A DNA stretch of 64,000 nucleotides from Gemmatimonadota bacterium (GTDB lineage Bacteria > Gemmatimonadota > Gemmatimonadetes > Palauibacterales > Palauibacteraceae), in NCBI GenBank assembly GCA_046758745.1, contig JBHIAV010000003.1:46262-110261 (forward strand), read 5' to 3'. Below, piece by piece: positions 8,384 to 17,855 of this stretch (its first letter is position 1; every line of letters begins with the position of its first letter). The position numbers and the translations under genes were made by a program. Below the pieces are notes generated by a model. It was not told the origin of the DNA, made no database searches, and was given only the letters and a program-made list of their open reading frames with translations.

Positions 8384-9988
8384 TCAGCGGAGCCGCTCGC
8401 TCAGCCACTCCGCCAGGTCGGCCAGCACCCTGCGGGCCACGGACTTCGAGGGGAGGCGGGCGTAGCCGGCCGGATCACCGTCGGGATCATCTAGAAAGAG
8501 GTGGTTGACGTCTGGATACACCCGCACGGTAACGTCCGGATTCCCGCCTTCGCGCATCGCTGCTCCGAGCTCCTCCGCCTGATCCGGGGTGATCTGGGTG
8601 TCCGTCGCGCCCTGGAGTATGAGCGCCGGCGACCGCACCCGGCGGGCCTCCGCAAGCGGGTCGTGATCGAGGAACCAGGCGATCCAGGCGTGAACGGCGG
8701 CCAGCGAGTCGACCCGCTCCATGGCCGCGGCGAGCGCCGAGTCGCGGGCGACCGGCGCGATCGACGTGTCCCGTTCGATGGCGAAGGCGTTCTGGTAGCG
8801 CAGGATTTCCCGTCCCGTTCTGGAGGGTCCCGCCAGGGTGACGATCGCACCGATCGTCGGATCGGTCCCCGCCACCATCAGCGCGATGAGGCCGCCCTCG
8901 CTGTGTCCGACGAGGGCGATGCGGGAGCTGTCCATATCGGGCCGCCCGCGCAGATACGCGACCGCCGCCCGGAAATCCTCGGCGAAGTCGGCCGTCGTCG
9001 CGTTCCTCACATCGCCCGTGGAGGCCCCGAAGCCGCGGTCATCCATCCGGAGCACCACGATCCCTCTTCGAGTCAGGGTATCGGCGATATCACGGAACGG
9101 GCGGTAGCCGGGCACTGTCGCCAGGGCCTCATCACGGTCCTGCAGCCCCGAGCCCGTGATGAGAACGGCCGCCGGGACGGGGCCCGTCGCCTCCCGCGGA
9201 CGGGCCAACGTCCCGGCCAGGGTGTGGCCACCGGGCCCGCGTACGGTCACCTCCTCCGCCACGTAGGGCGCGTCCGCGGGCGCTGAGTAGTCCGGCGGGG
9301 CGACTCGGACCTGCCCGGGGGCCTCGCTCCGCCTGACCTCGACGCCCTGCGAGGGCACGTGCCCCCCCAGGAGACGCCCCGCCGTGTCGATCACGCCTCG
9401 GAACTCGACCGGCCCGAGCATCACGCGCACCGAGTCCCCAGGGAGCGACTCGACCCCGGCGGTGATGGTTTGCCCGTTCCCGACCAGGAAGAGTGGCAAC
9501 TCGACGCTTCCCTCCCCCATCGCCCGAGCCCGGAGGATGACGTGCTCCACCAGAGCGAAGGAGAGGTTGAGGAACGGGATGGCACCTTCGCGGGTGCCGA
9601 GTCGCTGGTGCGGCGGGGCCGGCGATCCGCGAACCTCGGCGAACGCGCTGTCGCCCCGAAAGTCGATCTCCGCCGTCATCAACGGCTCCGACCCCGGCTC
9701 TGCCGCCGGCCGGATCTCCAGCTCGAAGCGCTCAGCCGTGAAATCCTCGGCGCCCCGGAGCCGGTAGGTGAGCCACCGGCCGGTCAGACGATCGGCGAGC
9801 ACTCCCTCCAAGGACGGCCCCGTTCGCTCGAAACGCTCCACCGCGATGGTGTCCTCGCCGAGCAGGACGACGAAGCCGGCGGGCGCCGCGGCATCCTGGG
9901 CGAGGAGCGGCCCGGCGAGGAGCACACGGCCGAGGAGCATCGCCACCCCGACGCCCGACGCCACCGCACCGAACCTCACCCTACGCAA
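8384..9988 (-). CDS. Exported alpha/beta hydrolase (S9/S33-like peptidase or esterase) with an N-terminal beta-rich domain
   Basis: Signal peptide; 'ITGSGLQDRDE', 'DDRGFG', 'GHSEGG', 'QGATDTQI', 'VNHLF'; TTG start overlapping the sdpI end, AAGGAG RBS. Confidence 0.88.
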   Translation of the reverse strand: MRRVRFGAVASGVGVAMLLGRVLLAGPLLAQDAAAPAGFVVLLGEDTIAVERFERTGPSLEGVLADRLTGRWLTYRLRGAEDFTAERFELEIRPAAEPGSEPLMTAEIDFRGDSAFAEVRGSPAPPHQRLGTREGAIPFLNLSFALVEHVILRARAMGEGSVELPLFLVGNGQTITAGVESLPGDSVRVMLGPVEFRGVIDTAGRLLGGHVPSQGVEVRRSEAPGQVRVAPPDYSAPADAPYVAEEVTVRGPGGHTLAGTLARPREATGPVPAAVLITGSGLQDRDEALATVPGYRPFRDIADTLTRRGIVVLRMDDRGFGASTGDVRNATTADFAEDFRAAVAYLRGRPDMDSSRIALVGHSEGGLIALMVAGTDPTIGAIVTLAGPSRTGREILRYQNAFAIERDTSIAPVARDSALAAAMERVDSLAAVHAWIAWFLDHDPLAEARRVRSPALILQGATDTQITPDQAEELGAAMREGGNPDVTVRVYPDVNHLFLDDPDGDPAGYARLPSKSVARRVLADLAEWLSERLR

Positions 9989-10628
9989 CGCCTTTGCTCC
10001 TTTCCCGCCGGAAGGCCACATAGGAGAAGACGAGCGGGACCACCGCGGCCAGCATGACGGCCGTCCCCGCGATCCAGCCCCGCAGGCGCGCCGGGGCGAC
10101 GATCGTGAGGAGGAACGTCACCCCCGCCCCGACGAAGCAGCGGCCGGCCAGGCGGTGCGTGGCCTTCCACACCGACTCGCTCTCCAGCGTCCACGGCGTT
10201 CGAATGCCGATCCACCAGTTCGACCTGACCCGCGGAAGGTAGTTGCCGATCGCAATCAGGACGACGCCGAGCGCGACCAGCATGAGACGCGGTCCCACGA
10301 TCGGCCAGCCGAGGGCCTCCCCGAAGGAGAGCACCTCGATGAAGGCGATGAGAAGGACGATCCAGTTGACGAGAAGCCAGTACGTTTCGCGGAAGCGCTC
10401 GTAGTGCTGCCGGCGCGGATCGATGCGCGGCAGGAAGAGAAGGAGGAGCCACACCAGCAGGCCGAGGCCCGGGAAGAGGAACGCGCCAGGCCACTTCGCC
10501 ATCCAGCCGTCCGCCTCCCAGCGCAGGTTCCAGTGGGTCGGGATCTCTCGGGGAAGCGAGGGGAAGGCGAGGAGCGAGGCCGCCAGCATGGCGGCGATCA
10601 CCACCGGGGCGATCCACGGCCGCCTCAT
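9981..10628 (-). CDS. sdpI: SdpI/YhfL family immunity membrane protein (DUF1648 + SdpI)
   Basis: 'LPREIPTHWN', 'GNYLPRVRSNWWIGIRTPWTL', 'VWKATHRLAG'; about six TM helices. Confidence 0.9.
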   Translation of the reverse strand: MRRPWIAPVVIAAMLAASLLAFPSLPREIPTHWNLRWEADGWMAKWPGAFLFPGLGLLVWLLLLFLPRIDPRRQHYERFRETYWLLVNWIVLLIAFIEVLSFGEALGWPIVGPRLMLVALGVVLIAIGNYLPRVRSNWWIGIRTPWTLESESVWKATHRLAGRCFVGAGVTFLLTIVAPARLRGWIAGTAVMLAAVVPLVFSYVAFRRERSKGVA

Positions 10629-10900
10629 CGCCTCTTCCCCACATCGAACAGCTCCATGATCTCCTCCAGCACTTCCTGGAAGACGGTGCTCTCGAGGGAG
10701 TACACGATGCGGCGCCCCTCCCGCACCGCGCTTACCAGCCCCGCCTCCTTCAGCACCGCCAGATGGTGCGAAACGGACGCGCCCGTGATCGGAAAGAGCG
10801 CCGCGATCTCACCGGCCGGCATATCCCTGCTCCGAAGCACGTGGAGGATCCGCCTGCGAGTAGGATCGGCCAGGGCATGCAGCGTCCGATCGATCGGCAA
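10625..10900 (-). CDS. sdpR: ArsR-family autorepressor SdpR
   Basis: 'ALADPTRRRIL', 'AGEIA', 'SVSHHLAVLKEAGLV', 'YSLESTVFQE'; ATGA overlap with sdpI. Confidence 0.9.
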   Translation of the reverse strand: MPIDRTLHALADPTRRRILHVLRSRDMPAGEIAALFPITGASVSHHLAVLKEAGLVSAVREGRRIVYSLESTVFQEVLEEIMELFDVGKRR

Positions 10901-10920
10901 CGGCCTCTCCGGGAGCGGGA

Positions 10921-10957
10921 TGTTTAGACATACATCTATTAGATGACTGTCTAAATA
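10921..10957. promoter_or_regulatory. Double palindromic operator upstream of sdpR
   Basis: TGTTTAGACATACATCTA-T-TAGATGACTGTCTAAATA: two tandem TAGA-N6-TCTA boxes forming one larger inverted repeat; AT-rich island in GC-rich DNA. Confidence 0.75.
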
Positions 10958-11207
10958 ATGTCGGCGTCATATCCGCCCGTCAAGCTTCCGGAGGCTCCGC
11001 ATCGCCGAGGTGCCCGGGATCTCCTCTCCGGCCTTGCCGCGTGTGCGCTCACCGGAACGGGGAGAATCTCCCCGCGCCTCTCGACGCCGGCCGTGTGGCG
11101 CGCTCGGTTGCCGCGCTACCTGACCCTCGGTTGCCGCGCCCCCGGCGGGGGCCGCATCCTGACCGCGGCCGGCCTCCAGCGAACTGACGGGGAGGGAGAG
11201 GCGACGC

Positions 11208-12758
11208 ATGTCTGCGGGGCATTCCGAGGCGGCGGAGCGCGATCGAGGCGCGTGGCGGAGCCAGCTCGCCCTCCCGATCGTGGGGATCACGCTCATGGCC
11301 GTCCTCCTCCGCTTGCCGTCCCTCCTGGACGCCTTCTGGCTGGACGAGATCTGGTCGCTCGAGCTGGCGGAGCAAGCGGGCTCCGCCGCGCGGGTGTTCA
11401 CGGCGCTGCACCACGACAACAACCACTACCTGAACACCCTCTACCTGCTCGCCCTCGGGCCCGAGGCGGCCTGGCCCCTCTTCCGCCTCCCCGCCCTCCT
11501 GGCCGGAGCGGGAGTCGTCTACCTGGCGGGACGCCTCGGGGCAAGAGAAGGACGGGCGGAGGGCGTCCTGGCGGCTTTCCTCCTCGCGGTCTCGTACCCC
11601 TTCGTCCTCTACTCCTCCGAGGCCCGGGGATACGGCCTCGTCGTCTTGCTCTCCCTGGCCGCGTACGCCACGCTCGCACGTCATCTGGAGGACCGGCGCT
11701 TCGCGACGGCAGGGGCTTTCGCCGCCACCGCGTCGCTCGGCTTCCTGTCGCATCTCACCTTCCTGACCGTGTACGCCCCGCTCCTGGCCTGGTCGGCGTT
11801 CCGGATCGTGACGACGCGGCGCGGCCTGCGGGAGACGGTGGCCCGCCTCACCGCTTGCCATCTCCTGCCAGTCGCTACCGTCGCGGTGCTCTTCTTCGTC
11901 GACCTCCGGCACCTTCGCGCGGGCGGAGGGCCGGACCTTCCGCTCCTCCGCGGGTGGCTCGACGCATACGTCTACTCGCTCGGCGCGCCGCGCACGGGTC
12001 TCCTCGGCCTTGTCGTCGTGGTAGGGGGCGCAGCCGCGGTACTGCTGGAGCTCGAGGCGCTTCGGCGGCGGCGCGCCGACGAGTGGATCTTCTTCCTCTT
12101 CGTGCTGGCCGCACCGGTCGGTCTCCTGGTGGCGACCGGGACCGGCTACGCTCCGCCGCGCTATTTCCTCGCCTCCCTCCCCTTCGCCCTCCTCCTCCTG
12201 GCGCGCACCCTCGCGAGGGGATTCCGCACCGCGCCGGCCGGCCGCCTCGCCGCCGGTGCGCTCCTTCTCACCTTCGGAGTGGGGAACGGATGGCGGATCG
12301 GCCGATTCCTGGCCGAGGGCCGCGGAGCCTATCGGGAGGCGGTCGAGCACATGGCCGGGCACACGTCCGCCGCTCTGATTCGCGTCGGGAGCGATCACGA
12401 CTTCCGGAACGAGAAGGTGCTTCACTATTACGCGCGCTTCCTGCCGGCCGGCAAGACGCTGAGGTACGTGACGGCCGGCGAGCGACCGTCCGCCCCCCCC
12501 GAGTGGTACCTCATCCACGACCTGGAGGATGACTTCCGGCCGGAGGTGAGGATCGCGATCGCCAGCGGAACCGGATACGCGCTCCAGGCGGTGTTCCGGA
12601 AGTACGGCCTGTCGGGCTGGAACTGGGCCGTGTACCGGCGCGAGGAGCGGGGAATGGGCCGTGGTCCGGCGCGAGGAGGGAGGAGCGAGTCGGCGTCCTA
12701 CTCGCCGTCCCCGGTCGGGCCGGCCGGCGTCGCGGTTCGCTCCCGTGCGCGGCGGTAG
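11208..12758 (+). CDS. GT-C fold membrane glycosyltransferase (ArnT/PMT-like)
   Basis: 'FWLDEIWS' in the first loop, 'RLPALLAG', 'YSSEARGY'; many TM helices. Confidence 0.8.
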   Translation: MSAGHSEAAERDRGAWRSQLALPIVGITLMAVLLRLPSLLDAFWLDEIWSLELAEQAGSAARVFTALHHDNNHYLNTLYLLALGPEAAWPLFRLPALLAGAGVVYLAGRLGAREGRAEGVLAAFLLAVSYPFVLYSSEARGYGLVVLLSLAAYATLARHLEDRRFATAGAFAATASLGFLSHLTFLTVYAPLLAWSAFRIVTTRRGLRETVARLTACHLLPVATVAVLFFVDLRHLRAGGGPDLPLLRGWLDAYVYSLGAPRTGLLGLVVVVGGAAAVLLELEALRRRRADEWIFFLFVLAAPVGLLVATGTGYAPPRYFLASLPFALLLLARTLARGFRTAPAGRLAAGALLLTFGVGNGWRIGRFLAEGRGAYREAVEHMAGHTSAALIRVGSDHDFRNEKVLHYYARFLPAGKTLRYVTAGERPSAPPEWYLIHDLEDDFRPEVRIAIASGTGYALQAVFRKYGLSGWNWAVYRREERGMGRGPARGGRSESASYSPSPVGPAGVAVRSRARR

Positions 12759-13297
12759 AGCCGGCGGAGGAGGAAGGTGACCGCCAGGATGGTGACGATG
12801 GCCAGCCACACGCCTCCGAAGACCGATGCGTCGAGCTGCGCGGCGGACTCACCGACCAGGTACCCGATCGTCCCGATCCCGATCGCCCACACCATGCAGT
12901 TGATCGCCTCGCCGATGAGGAAATAGGGCGCCGATACGGAGCTGAGGCCGATCGCCACGGCCCCGATTCGCCGCATCCCGTACATGTACTGGAGGGCGAT
13001 CACGGCGGTCAGAGATCGGCGGCGGATCAGCGCGTCCATACGGCCGATCCCCGGCCCCCAGCGGGGGAACCAGGCCAGTATCCGCTGGCCGCTGAACACG
13101 CGCCCCAGCGTGAAGAAGAGGAAGTGGCTGAACCAGCTGCCCACCGCCGCGGCGAGCCACACCGCGAACGGATCGAGCAACCCCCTGTTGGCCAGGGCGG
13201 CGGCGGAGATGAGAACGGTCTCGCCCTCCAGGAACGAGCCGAACGCCACGCCCAGCCAGCCGTACTCCCGCAGGAGCTCGAGGACGGTGGGATCCAC
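12698..13297 (-). CDS. DedA family membrane protein
   Basis: 'YGWLGVAFGSFLEGETVLISAAALA', 'FFTLGRVF'; DedA-like topology. Confidence 0.85.
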   Translation of the reverse strand: MDPTVLELLREYGWLGVAFGSFLEGETVLISAAALANRGLLDPFAVWLAAAVGSWFSHFLFFTLGRVFSGQRILAWFPRWGPGIGRMDALIRRRSLTAVIALQYMYGMRRIGAVAIGLSSVSAPYFLIGEAINCMVWAIGIGTIGYLVGESAAQLDASVFGGVWLAIVTILAVTFLLRRLYRRARERTATPAGPTGDGE

Positions 13298-13585
13298 GGG
13301 GCTGGAGCGGGCCGGGCGCCGCGGGCTATGCGCCCGTTTGTGCGGGCCGAGCCGGCCCGCCGGGGCCGGCCATCCGTCCCGTCACCACCTACCCGACAGC
13401 TCGAGGCGCGCGAGCTTCATGCCGACCCTCCCCCGTGATGTGATGCGAAGTGCGAGCGTCGTTCCGTCGGCGTCAGGATGCGGCCGCTCCACCGCAAGGC
13501 ACAATACCTCGCGGGGCGTGGGGTGGGGCGCGGTGCGGGCCGCGTCCGCTGGAAGAGGCGTCGTCCGACCCGGACGACGGATCCG

Positions 13586-13807
13586 CTACAGGCCGAGGAG
13601 AAAGCGGTGCTCCACCGGGCTTCCGCCCGCGTGCACCACCTTGTCCGGTCGGAAGTCCACCAGGGTGATGCGGTCGCAGCCGTCCGGATAGGACGTCTCG
13701 ACCCGCCACCGCCGCATGTCGCCGTCGCGCACCTCGGCGATCGTAGCCCTGGTGGGGCGCTCCCGGTGCGGGCAGCTCTCGACGACCACCGCCTTATCGG
13801 GCTCCAT
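13586..13807 (-). CDS. Small hypothetical protein (73 aa)
   Basis: GGAGAG RBS; sigma54 promoter about 70 nt upstream; protein-like composition. Confidence 0.5.
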   Translation of the reverse strand: MEPDKAVVVESCPHRERPTRATIAEVRDGDMRRWRVETSYPDGCDRITLVDFRPDKVVHAGGSPVEHRFLLGL

Positions 13808-13873
13808 CGCTGGGCGCTCTCCGCTGGGATTGACAGCCTCCGGACGGGCCGGAGCGTGGATCCGGGTTGCAGA

Positions 13874-13889
13874 AGCAAAGAGTCTGCCA
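13874..13889 (-). promoter_or_regulatory. Sigma54 (-24/-12) promoter
   Basis: Minus strand TGGCAGACTCTTTGCT, GG-N10-GC spacing. Confidence 0.65.
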
Positions 13890-14133
13890 CACCTTGGGAA
13901 TCAGCTTGGATCAGCCGCAACGTGCTGCAAGAGCGTCGCTTACGTGGCGCGCACATGCCGGGCTGGGTTGCCGCCCTCACCGGTTGCGCCCGACCGGGTG
14001 GCGATACGCAACACGCCCCGGTGAGCGGTGCGTGGCGGCTGCCACGTGCGCGCGACACCCGATGCCGTCGTATATTCCCCGCGAAGCGGCAATCCGCTTC
14101 CCTCCTACCGACAACCCACTCGCGGGAGCAAGG

Positions 14134-14640
14134 ATGGCGAGCGAGAAGCTTCGGAAGGCTATGAACGAGCAGATCGGGCACGAGCTCTACTCCTCTCACC
14201 TGTACCTGGCGATGTCGGTCTACTGCGCGGACCGAAACCTCAAAGGTTTCGCCCACTGGATGCGCCAGCAGAGCCGGGAAGAGGCGGGCCACGCCATGAG
14301 GTTCGTCGACTTCCTCCTCGAGTGCGGGGAGCGCGTGGAGCTCGCGGCAATCGACCAACCCCCTGCCGATTTCGGATCCCCGCTGGACATCATGCAGGGC
14401 TCGCTCGACCACGAAAGGAAGGTGACAGGGCTGATTGAGAGGCTGTACGAGACGGCGGGAGAGGAGAAGGACTACCCGGCCCAGGTCTTCCTGCAGTGGT
14501 TCATCAGCGAGCAGGTGGAGGAGGAGAGCCGTATAAGCGAGATCGTCGAGCAACTCAAGCTCTTTGGCTCAGAGGGCATCGCCCTGCTCACCCTCGACCG
14601 GGAGCTCGGCTCGCGGACCGCAGGCGAGGGGGAGGAGTAG
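14134..14640 (+). CDS. ftnA: Non-heme ferritin
   Basis: 'NEQIGHELYSSHLYLAM', 'EEAGHAM', 'HERKVT', 'FLQWFISEQVEEE' ferroxidase residues. Confidence 0.95.
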   Translation: MASEKLRKAMNEQIGHELYSSHLYLAMSVYCADRNLKGFAHWMRQQSREEAGHAMRFVDFLLECGERVELAAIDQPPADFGSPLDIMQGSLDHERKVTGLIERLYETAGEEKDYPAQVFLQWFISEQVEEESRISEIVEQLKLFGSEGIALLTLDRELGSRTAGEGEE

Positions 14641-14648
14641 CGGGGCGT

Positions 14649-15410
14649 ATGGCTGGTTTTCGCGTCGGGTCCGTACTCGCGGCCTTCCTGGCTCTGGCCC
14701 CCGGCCTTCCGGCTCAAGCGCCGGAGGATGAGGAGCCGCTGCCGAGCGGGCTGCCGCAAGCTCGGGAGGCTCTCCCGATCACGCCGGCGGAGGTCCTCCG
14801 CGTTATCGAGTACGCGAACCCGCTCGGGATCGCGGTCCGTGAGCTTCCCCGGCAGCTGAGCCGCGCGGAGATCGGCCGCATCCAGGTGGCGCTGGCGGAG
14901 CGCGGCTTCGACCCGGGCACGCGGGAGGGAGAGCTGGACGCCGCTACCGCCGAGGCGCTCCGGGCGTTCCAGCAAAGTCGGGGGCTGGCCCCGTGCGGCT
15001 GTGTTTCCTACGAGACCGTGACGGAGCTCGGCATACCGGTCGTGATCGTGCTCCGGCTCGCCAATGCGGGGGATTCGAAGGGGACGCGGCGAGTGAGCGC
15101 CGCGGAAGCCGGACCGGAAGGAGAGGTCGGGGGCCGGAGCAGCAACGCCTCGGCCGAGGGGTACGAAGGGGCCGAGCCCTGGGCCGCGTGGAGCCCCGTC
15201 TATCCGGTCCTCTTCCATCAGCGGGTGGAGTTTCTTCCCCCGGAAGACGGCGAGGGCGCGGTTCCATCGGCGGAGCCGCGAGGGGCCGGAACGACTTCCG
15301 GCGGCGCGACGGGTGACCGCGCGGTCCGTCCACCCGGGGTGCGCCCCGCCCCGCCCCCACGCACAGCGCCGCCCCTGCCCGGGCGGATGGCGCCTCGACG
15401 CTCGTTCTGA
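14649..15410 (+). CDS. Exported protein with a peptidoglycan-binding (PG_binding_1) domain
   Basis: Signal peptide; 'IQVALAERGFDPG..G.LDAATAEALRAFQQSRGL'; Pro-rich tail. Confidence 0.75.
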   Translation: MAGFRVGSVLAAFLALAPGLPAQAPEDEEPLPSGLPQAREALPITPAEVLRVIEYANPLGIAVRELPRQLSRAEIGRIQVALAERGFDPGTREGELDAATAEALRAFQQSRGLAPCGCVSYETVTELGIPVVIVLRLANAGDSKGTRRVSAAEAGPEGEVGGRSSNASAEGYEGAEPWAAWSPVYPVLFHQRVEFLPPEDGEGAVPSAEPRGAGTTSGGATGDRAVRPPGVRPAPPPRTAPPLPGRMAPRRSF

Positions 15411-15433
15411 GGAGGCTCCTCCGCGTGCGGCGT

Positions 15434-15494
15434 GAACGCCGTTCCGAGCACGGTCGCGAGCGCGGATCCGAACGCCGTTCCGAGCGCGGATCCG
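15434..15494. repeat. Short intergenic duplicated blocks
   Basis: GAACGCCGTTCCGAGC at 15434 and 15470; CGAGCGCGGATCCG at 15457 and 15481. Confidence 0.7.
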
Positions 15495-15632
15495 CACGCG
15501 TGCGGGCGCCGGGGGGTGCGAGAACGCTCCGGGCGCGCATGCGCCTTGCGTACCTCCGGAGTGCGAGGTAGACAGGTGAAGGGAACTCGGCACGAGCCCG
15601 AGGCAGGAAGAGGGACCCACCAGCGAGGACGC

Positions 15633-16121
15633 ATGTCACGTCTGCGCGCCGCTCTTCTCATCATCGCCCTCGTCGCCTGCGGCCGCCCGGATGCGGGAGG
15701 GAGCTCGGCCGAGGGCTCGGCCACCACCGGAGAGCGGGCCCGCGGCGAGATCAAGCATGATTTCGCCGAAGAGCTCGGGGTCAACCTGGCTTCCATGACG
15801 CGGACGGCGTCGGGACTGTATTACCGGGACCTCGCCGCGGGGCGGGGGCTCGATGCCCGGCCCGGCCACGTCGTGGTGATCCGTTACACGGAATGGCTCC
15901 CCAACGGCGCCCGGGTCAGCGGCCACGACAGGCTCGATTTTCCGCTCGGCGGCGGGAGGGTGATCGCCGGATGGGAAGAGGGGATCACCGGCATGCGCAT
16001 CGGCGGTAGGCGGCAGTTGGTCATCCCCCCACACCTCGCATACGGATCGCGGGGCCGTGGTGAGATCCCGCCGAACGCGACCCTCATCATGGACGTGGAA
16101 CTGCTCGAGATCCGGATGTGA
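15633..16121 (+). CDS. FKBP-type peptidyl-prolyl isomerase (lipoprotein)
   Basis: Lipobox LVAC; 'TASGLYYRDL', 'VIAGWEEGITGMRIGGRRQLVIPPHLAYG', 'IPPNATLIMDVELL'. Confidence 0.95.
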   Translation: MSRLRAALLIIALVACGRPDAGGSSAEGSATTGERARGEIKHDFAEELGVNLASMTRTASGLYYRDLAAGRGLDARPGHVVVIRYTEWLPNGARVSGHDRLDFPLGGGRVIAGWEEGITGMRIGGRRQLVIPPHLAYGSRGRGEIPPNATLIMDVELLEIRM

Positions 16122-16171
16122 CAAGTCGCTCCCCGCCCGATGTGAGCCCGCCCGAGCTGGCTGTCGTGCCG

Positions 16172-16444
16172 TCATTCCTCCAAAGACCCGGCGGCGATGC
16201 CCAGGAGGAGGGTCGCGAGACAGCCGCCGCCGTACACGACGAGGACGGGAAGCCAGCTCCGCCACACGAAGAGGGCATACCACGGGGCCACGGCTAGGGT
16301 CAGAGGGAAGAGGATCGAGGCCAGGATCAGCCCCCACAGACCCGCCAGCGCGTGCGCGATCTGCAGCCCGAGGGCCAGCCCCGACAGGCCCACCACGCCC
16401 CACGACACGTATGCCGTCCCGCGCAGCCACACCGCTCGCCGCAT
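16172..16444 (-). CDS. Small hypothetical membrane protein
   Basis: About three hydrophobic segments; AGGAGG RBS. Confidence 0.6.
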   Translation of the reverse strand: MRRAVWLRGTAYVSWGVVGLSGLALGLQIAHALAGLWGLILASILFPLTLAVAPWYALFVWRSWLPVLVVYGGGCLATLLLGIAAGSLEE

Positions 16445-16726
16445 GACCCGCCCTCCTGACTGGGGCCGATTCGACACGGATCGCGGCGCCGGAAGGGGCC
16501 TCCCGGTCGCCGCGGTGCGCGGAAGGTGCACCCCTCCGGGTGCGCCGAGCTCCCGCGCGTGGGTTCCGCCTGCAGCTTCCCGGCCAGCTCGGGGTGGAGA
16601 GCGTTAATTGGCGGCCGGCAAGTGAGTTGCAGCGGAGAGCCGAGGCGAGAGTGGTCCGGCCGACGAGGAAAGTATTTTCACCGGTTCAGCGCCCGACTGT
16701 GGCGGGCACGGAGTGCTCCTGCCTCC

Positions 16727-17596
16727 CTAGGGCCCCTGGTTCCCGCGGGGCACGAGGGCGACGGCGCGGAGCGGGCCCCCGGAGCCGCCGGCGATCTTCA
16801 TCGGAAGAGCGACGATGAGAAAGCCCGTGGCGGGCAGCCGGTCCAGGTTTGCGAGGTTCTCCAGACCCGGAACGTCGGCGGCGGCCGCGATGCGGTGAAC
16901 GATGAAGTCCTGCGAGGGACCATAGTCGATGGACGCGACGTCGGCACCGAGAGCGGCCACTCCTCTCTCCTCTACGAGTAGCCGCGCCGCCGACTCGCCG
17001 TAGCTCGGAAAGTGCAGGTTCGAGGCATCCCCCGGGGTGTCATCACCCAGGTACGCCCTCGGGTCCGGCCACCGGGACCCATATCCCGTGCGCAGCAGGA
17101 CGATGGTGCCCGGCTCGACGCGGCCGTGCCGCCGCTCGAACTCCAGGACATCCTCGGAGACGAGCCGATAGTCCGGCTCCTCGGCGGCTCGCTCCGTGAT
17201 GTCGATCACCACACCCGGTGCGATGAGCTGCGAGAGGGGGATCTCATCCGTCGTGTGCCGACCCTCACCGAAATGCCTCGGGGCATCGAGGTGGGTACCG
17301 CCGTGCTCGGGCGCGCGGAACGCGTTGGCCGCGTAGAAGTAGCCTGCCTCGGTCCACCCGTAGCTCAGTCGCTCGAGCTCGAAGGTGGACGGCGAGGTCG
17401 GCCAGTAGACGGTCGCGGAATCGAACGCATGGGTCAGGTCTACGATCTCGGCGCTGGAGAGGTCCACGATCTGGGAGGAGGCGGGGCCAGCCACGAGCCA
17501 TAAGAGCAAGCCACACGCTCCCAGAGATCGGCGCGCGCACGAGCCGGAGCTCCGCCTTCGCGCATCACAGAACCGAGCGGTTCGCGAGGGCATCAT
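16727..17596 (-). CDS. Cyclase family metal-dependent hydrolase (kynurenine formamidase-like), exported
   Basis: 'IVDLTH', 'EHGGTHLDAPRHF', 'LLRTG', 'GLENL', 'LPMKIAGGSGGPLR'; AGGAGGTG RBS. Confidence 0.9.
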   Translation of the reverse strand: MMPSRTARFCDARRRSSGSCARRSLGACGLLLWLVAGPASSQIVDLSSAEIVDLTHAFDSATVYWPTSPSTFELERLSYGWTEAGYFYAANAFRAPEHGGTHLDAPRHFGEGRHTTDEIPLSQLIAPGVVIDITERAAEEPDYRLVSEDVLEFERRHGRVEPGTIVLLRTGYGSRWPDPRAYLGDDTPGDASNLHFPSYGESAARLLVEERGVAALGADVASIDYGPSQDFIVHRIAAAADVPGLENLANLDRLPATGFLIVALPMKIAGGSGGPLRAVALVPRGNQGP

Positions 17597-17855
17597 CCTG
17601 TCACCTCCTGCGTCGTATTGTGCGCGGATCATCCTGTCATCTTCCCCGACGCGACCGTCCGACCTTCCCCGCGGGCACGAACCTCGGGCCTCTCCCCGAC
17701 GCGCCGCTCGACGCTCGCGTGGGCGCGCCGCCCGGATGGATGGACGGCTCGGCGCCCGGCCGTCAAGGCGTGTCGACGATTCGCGCTACGCTTTGGCCGG
17801 TCGACATACTACCTTGGTCTTGAGCCCGGCGCGTCCCGGAGCCAGGGAGCTACAG

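Noticed and set aside
16616-16631. Sigma54-like motif CGGCAAGTGAGTTGCA on the + strand
   Set aside because: Points into the 3' end of an opposite-strand gene with no downstream ORF; may be chance
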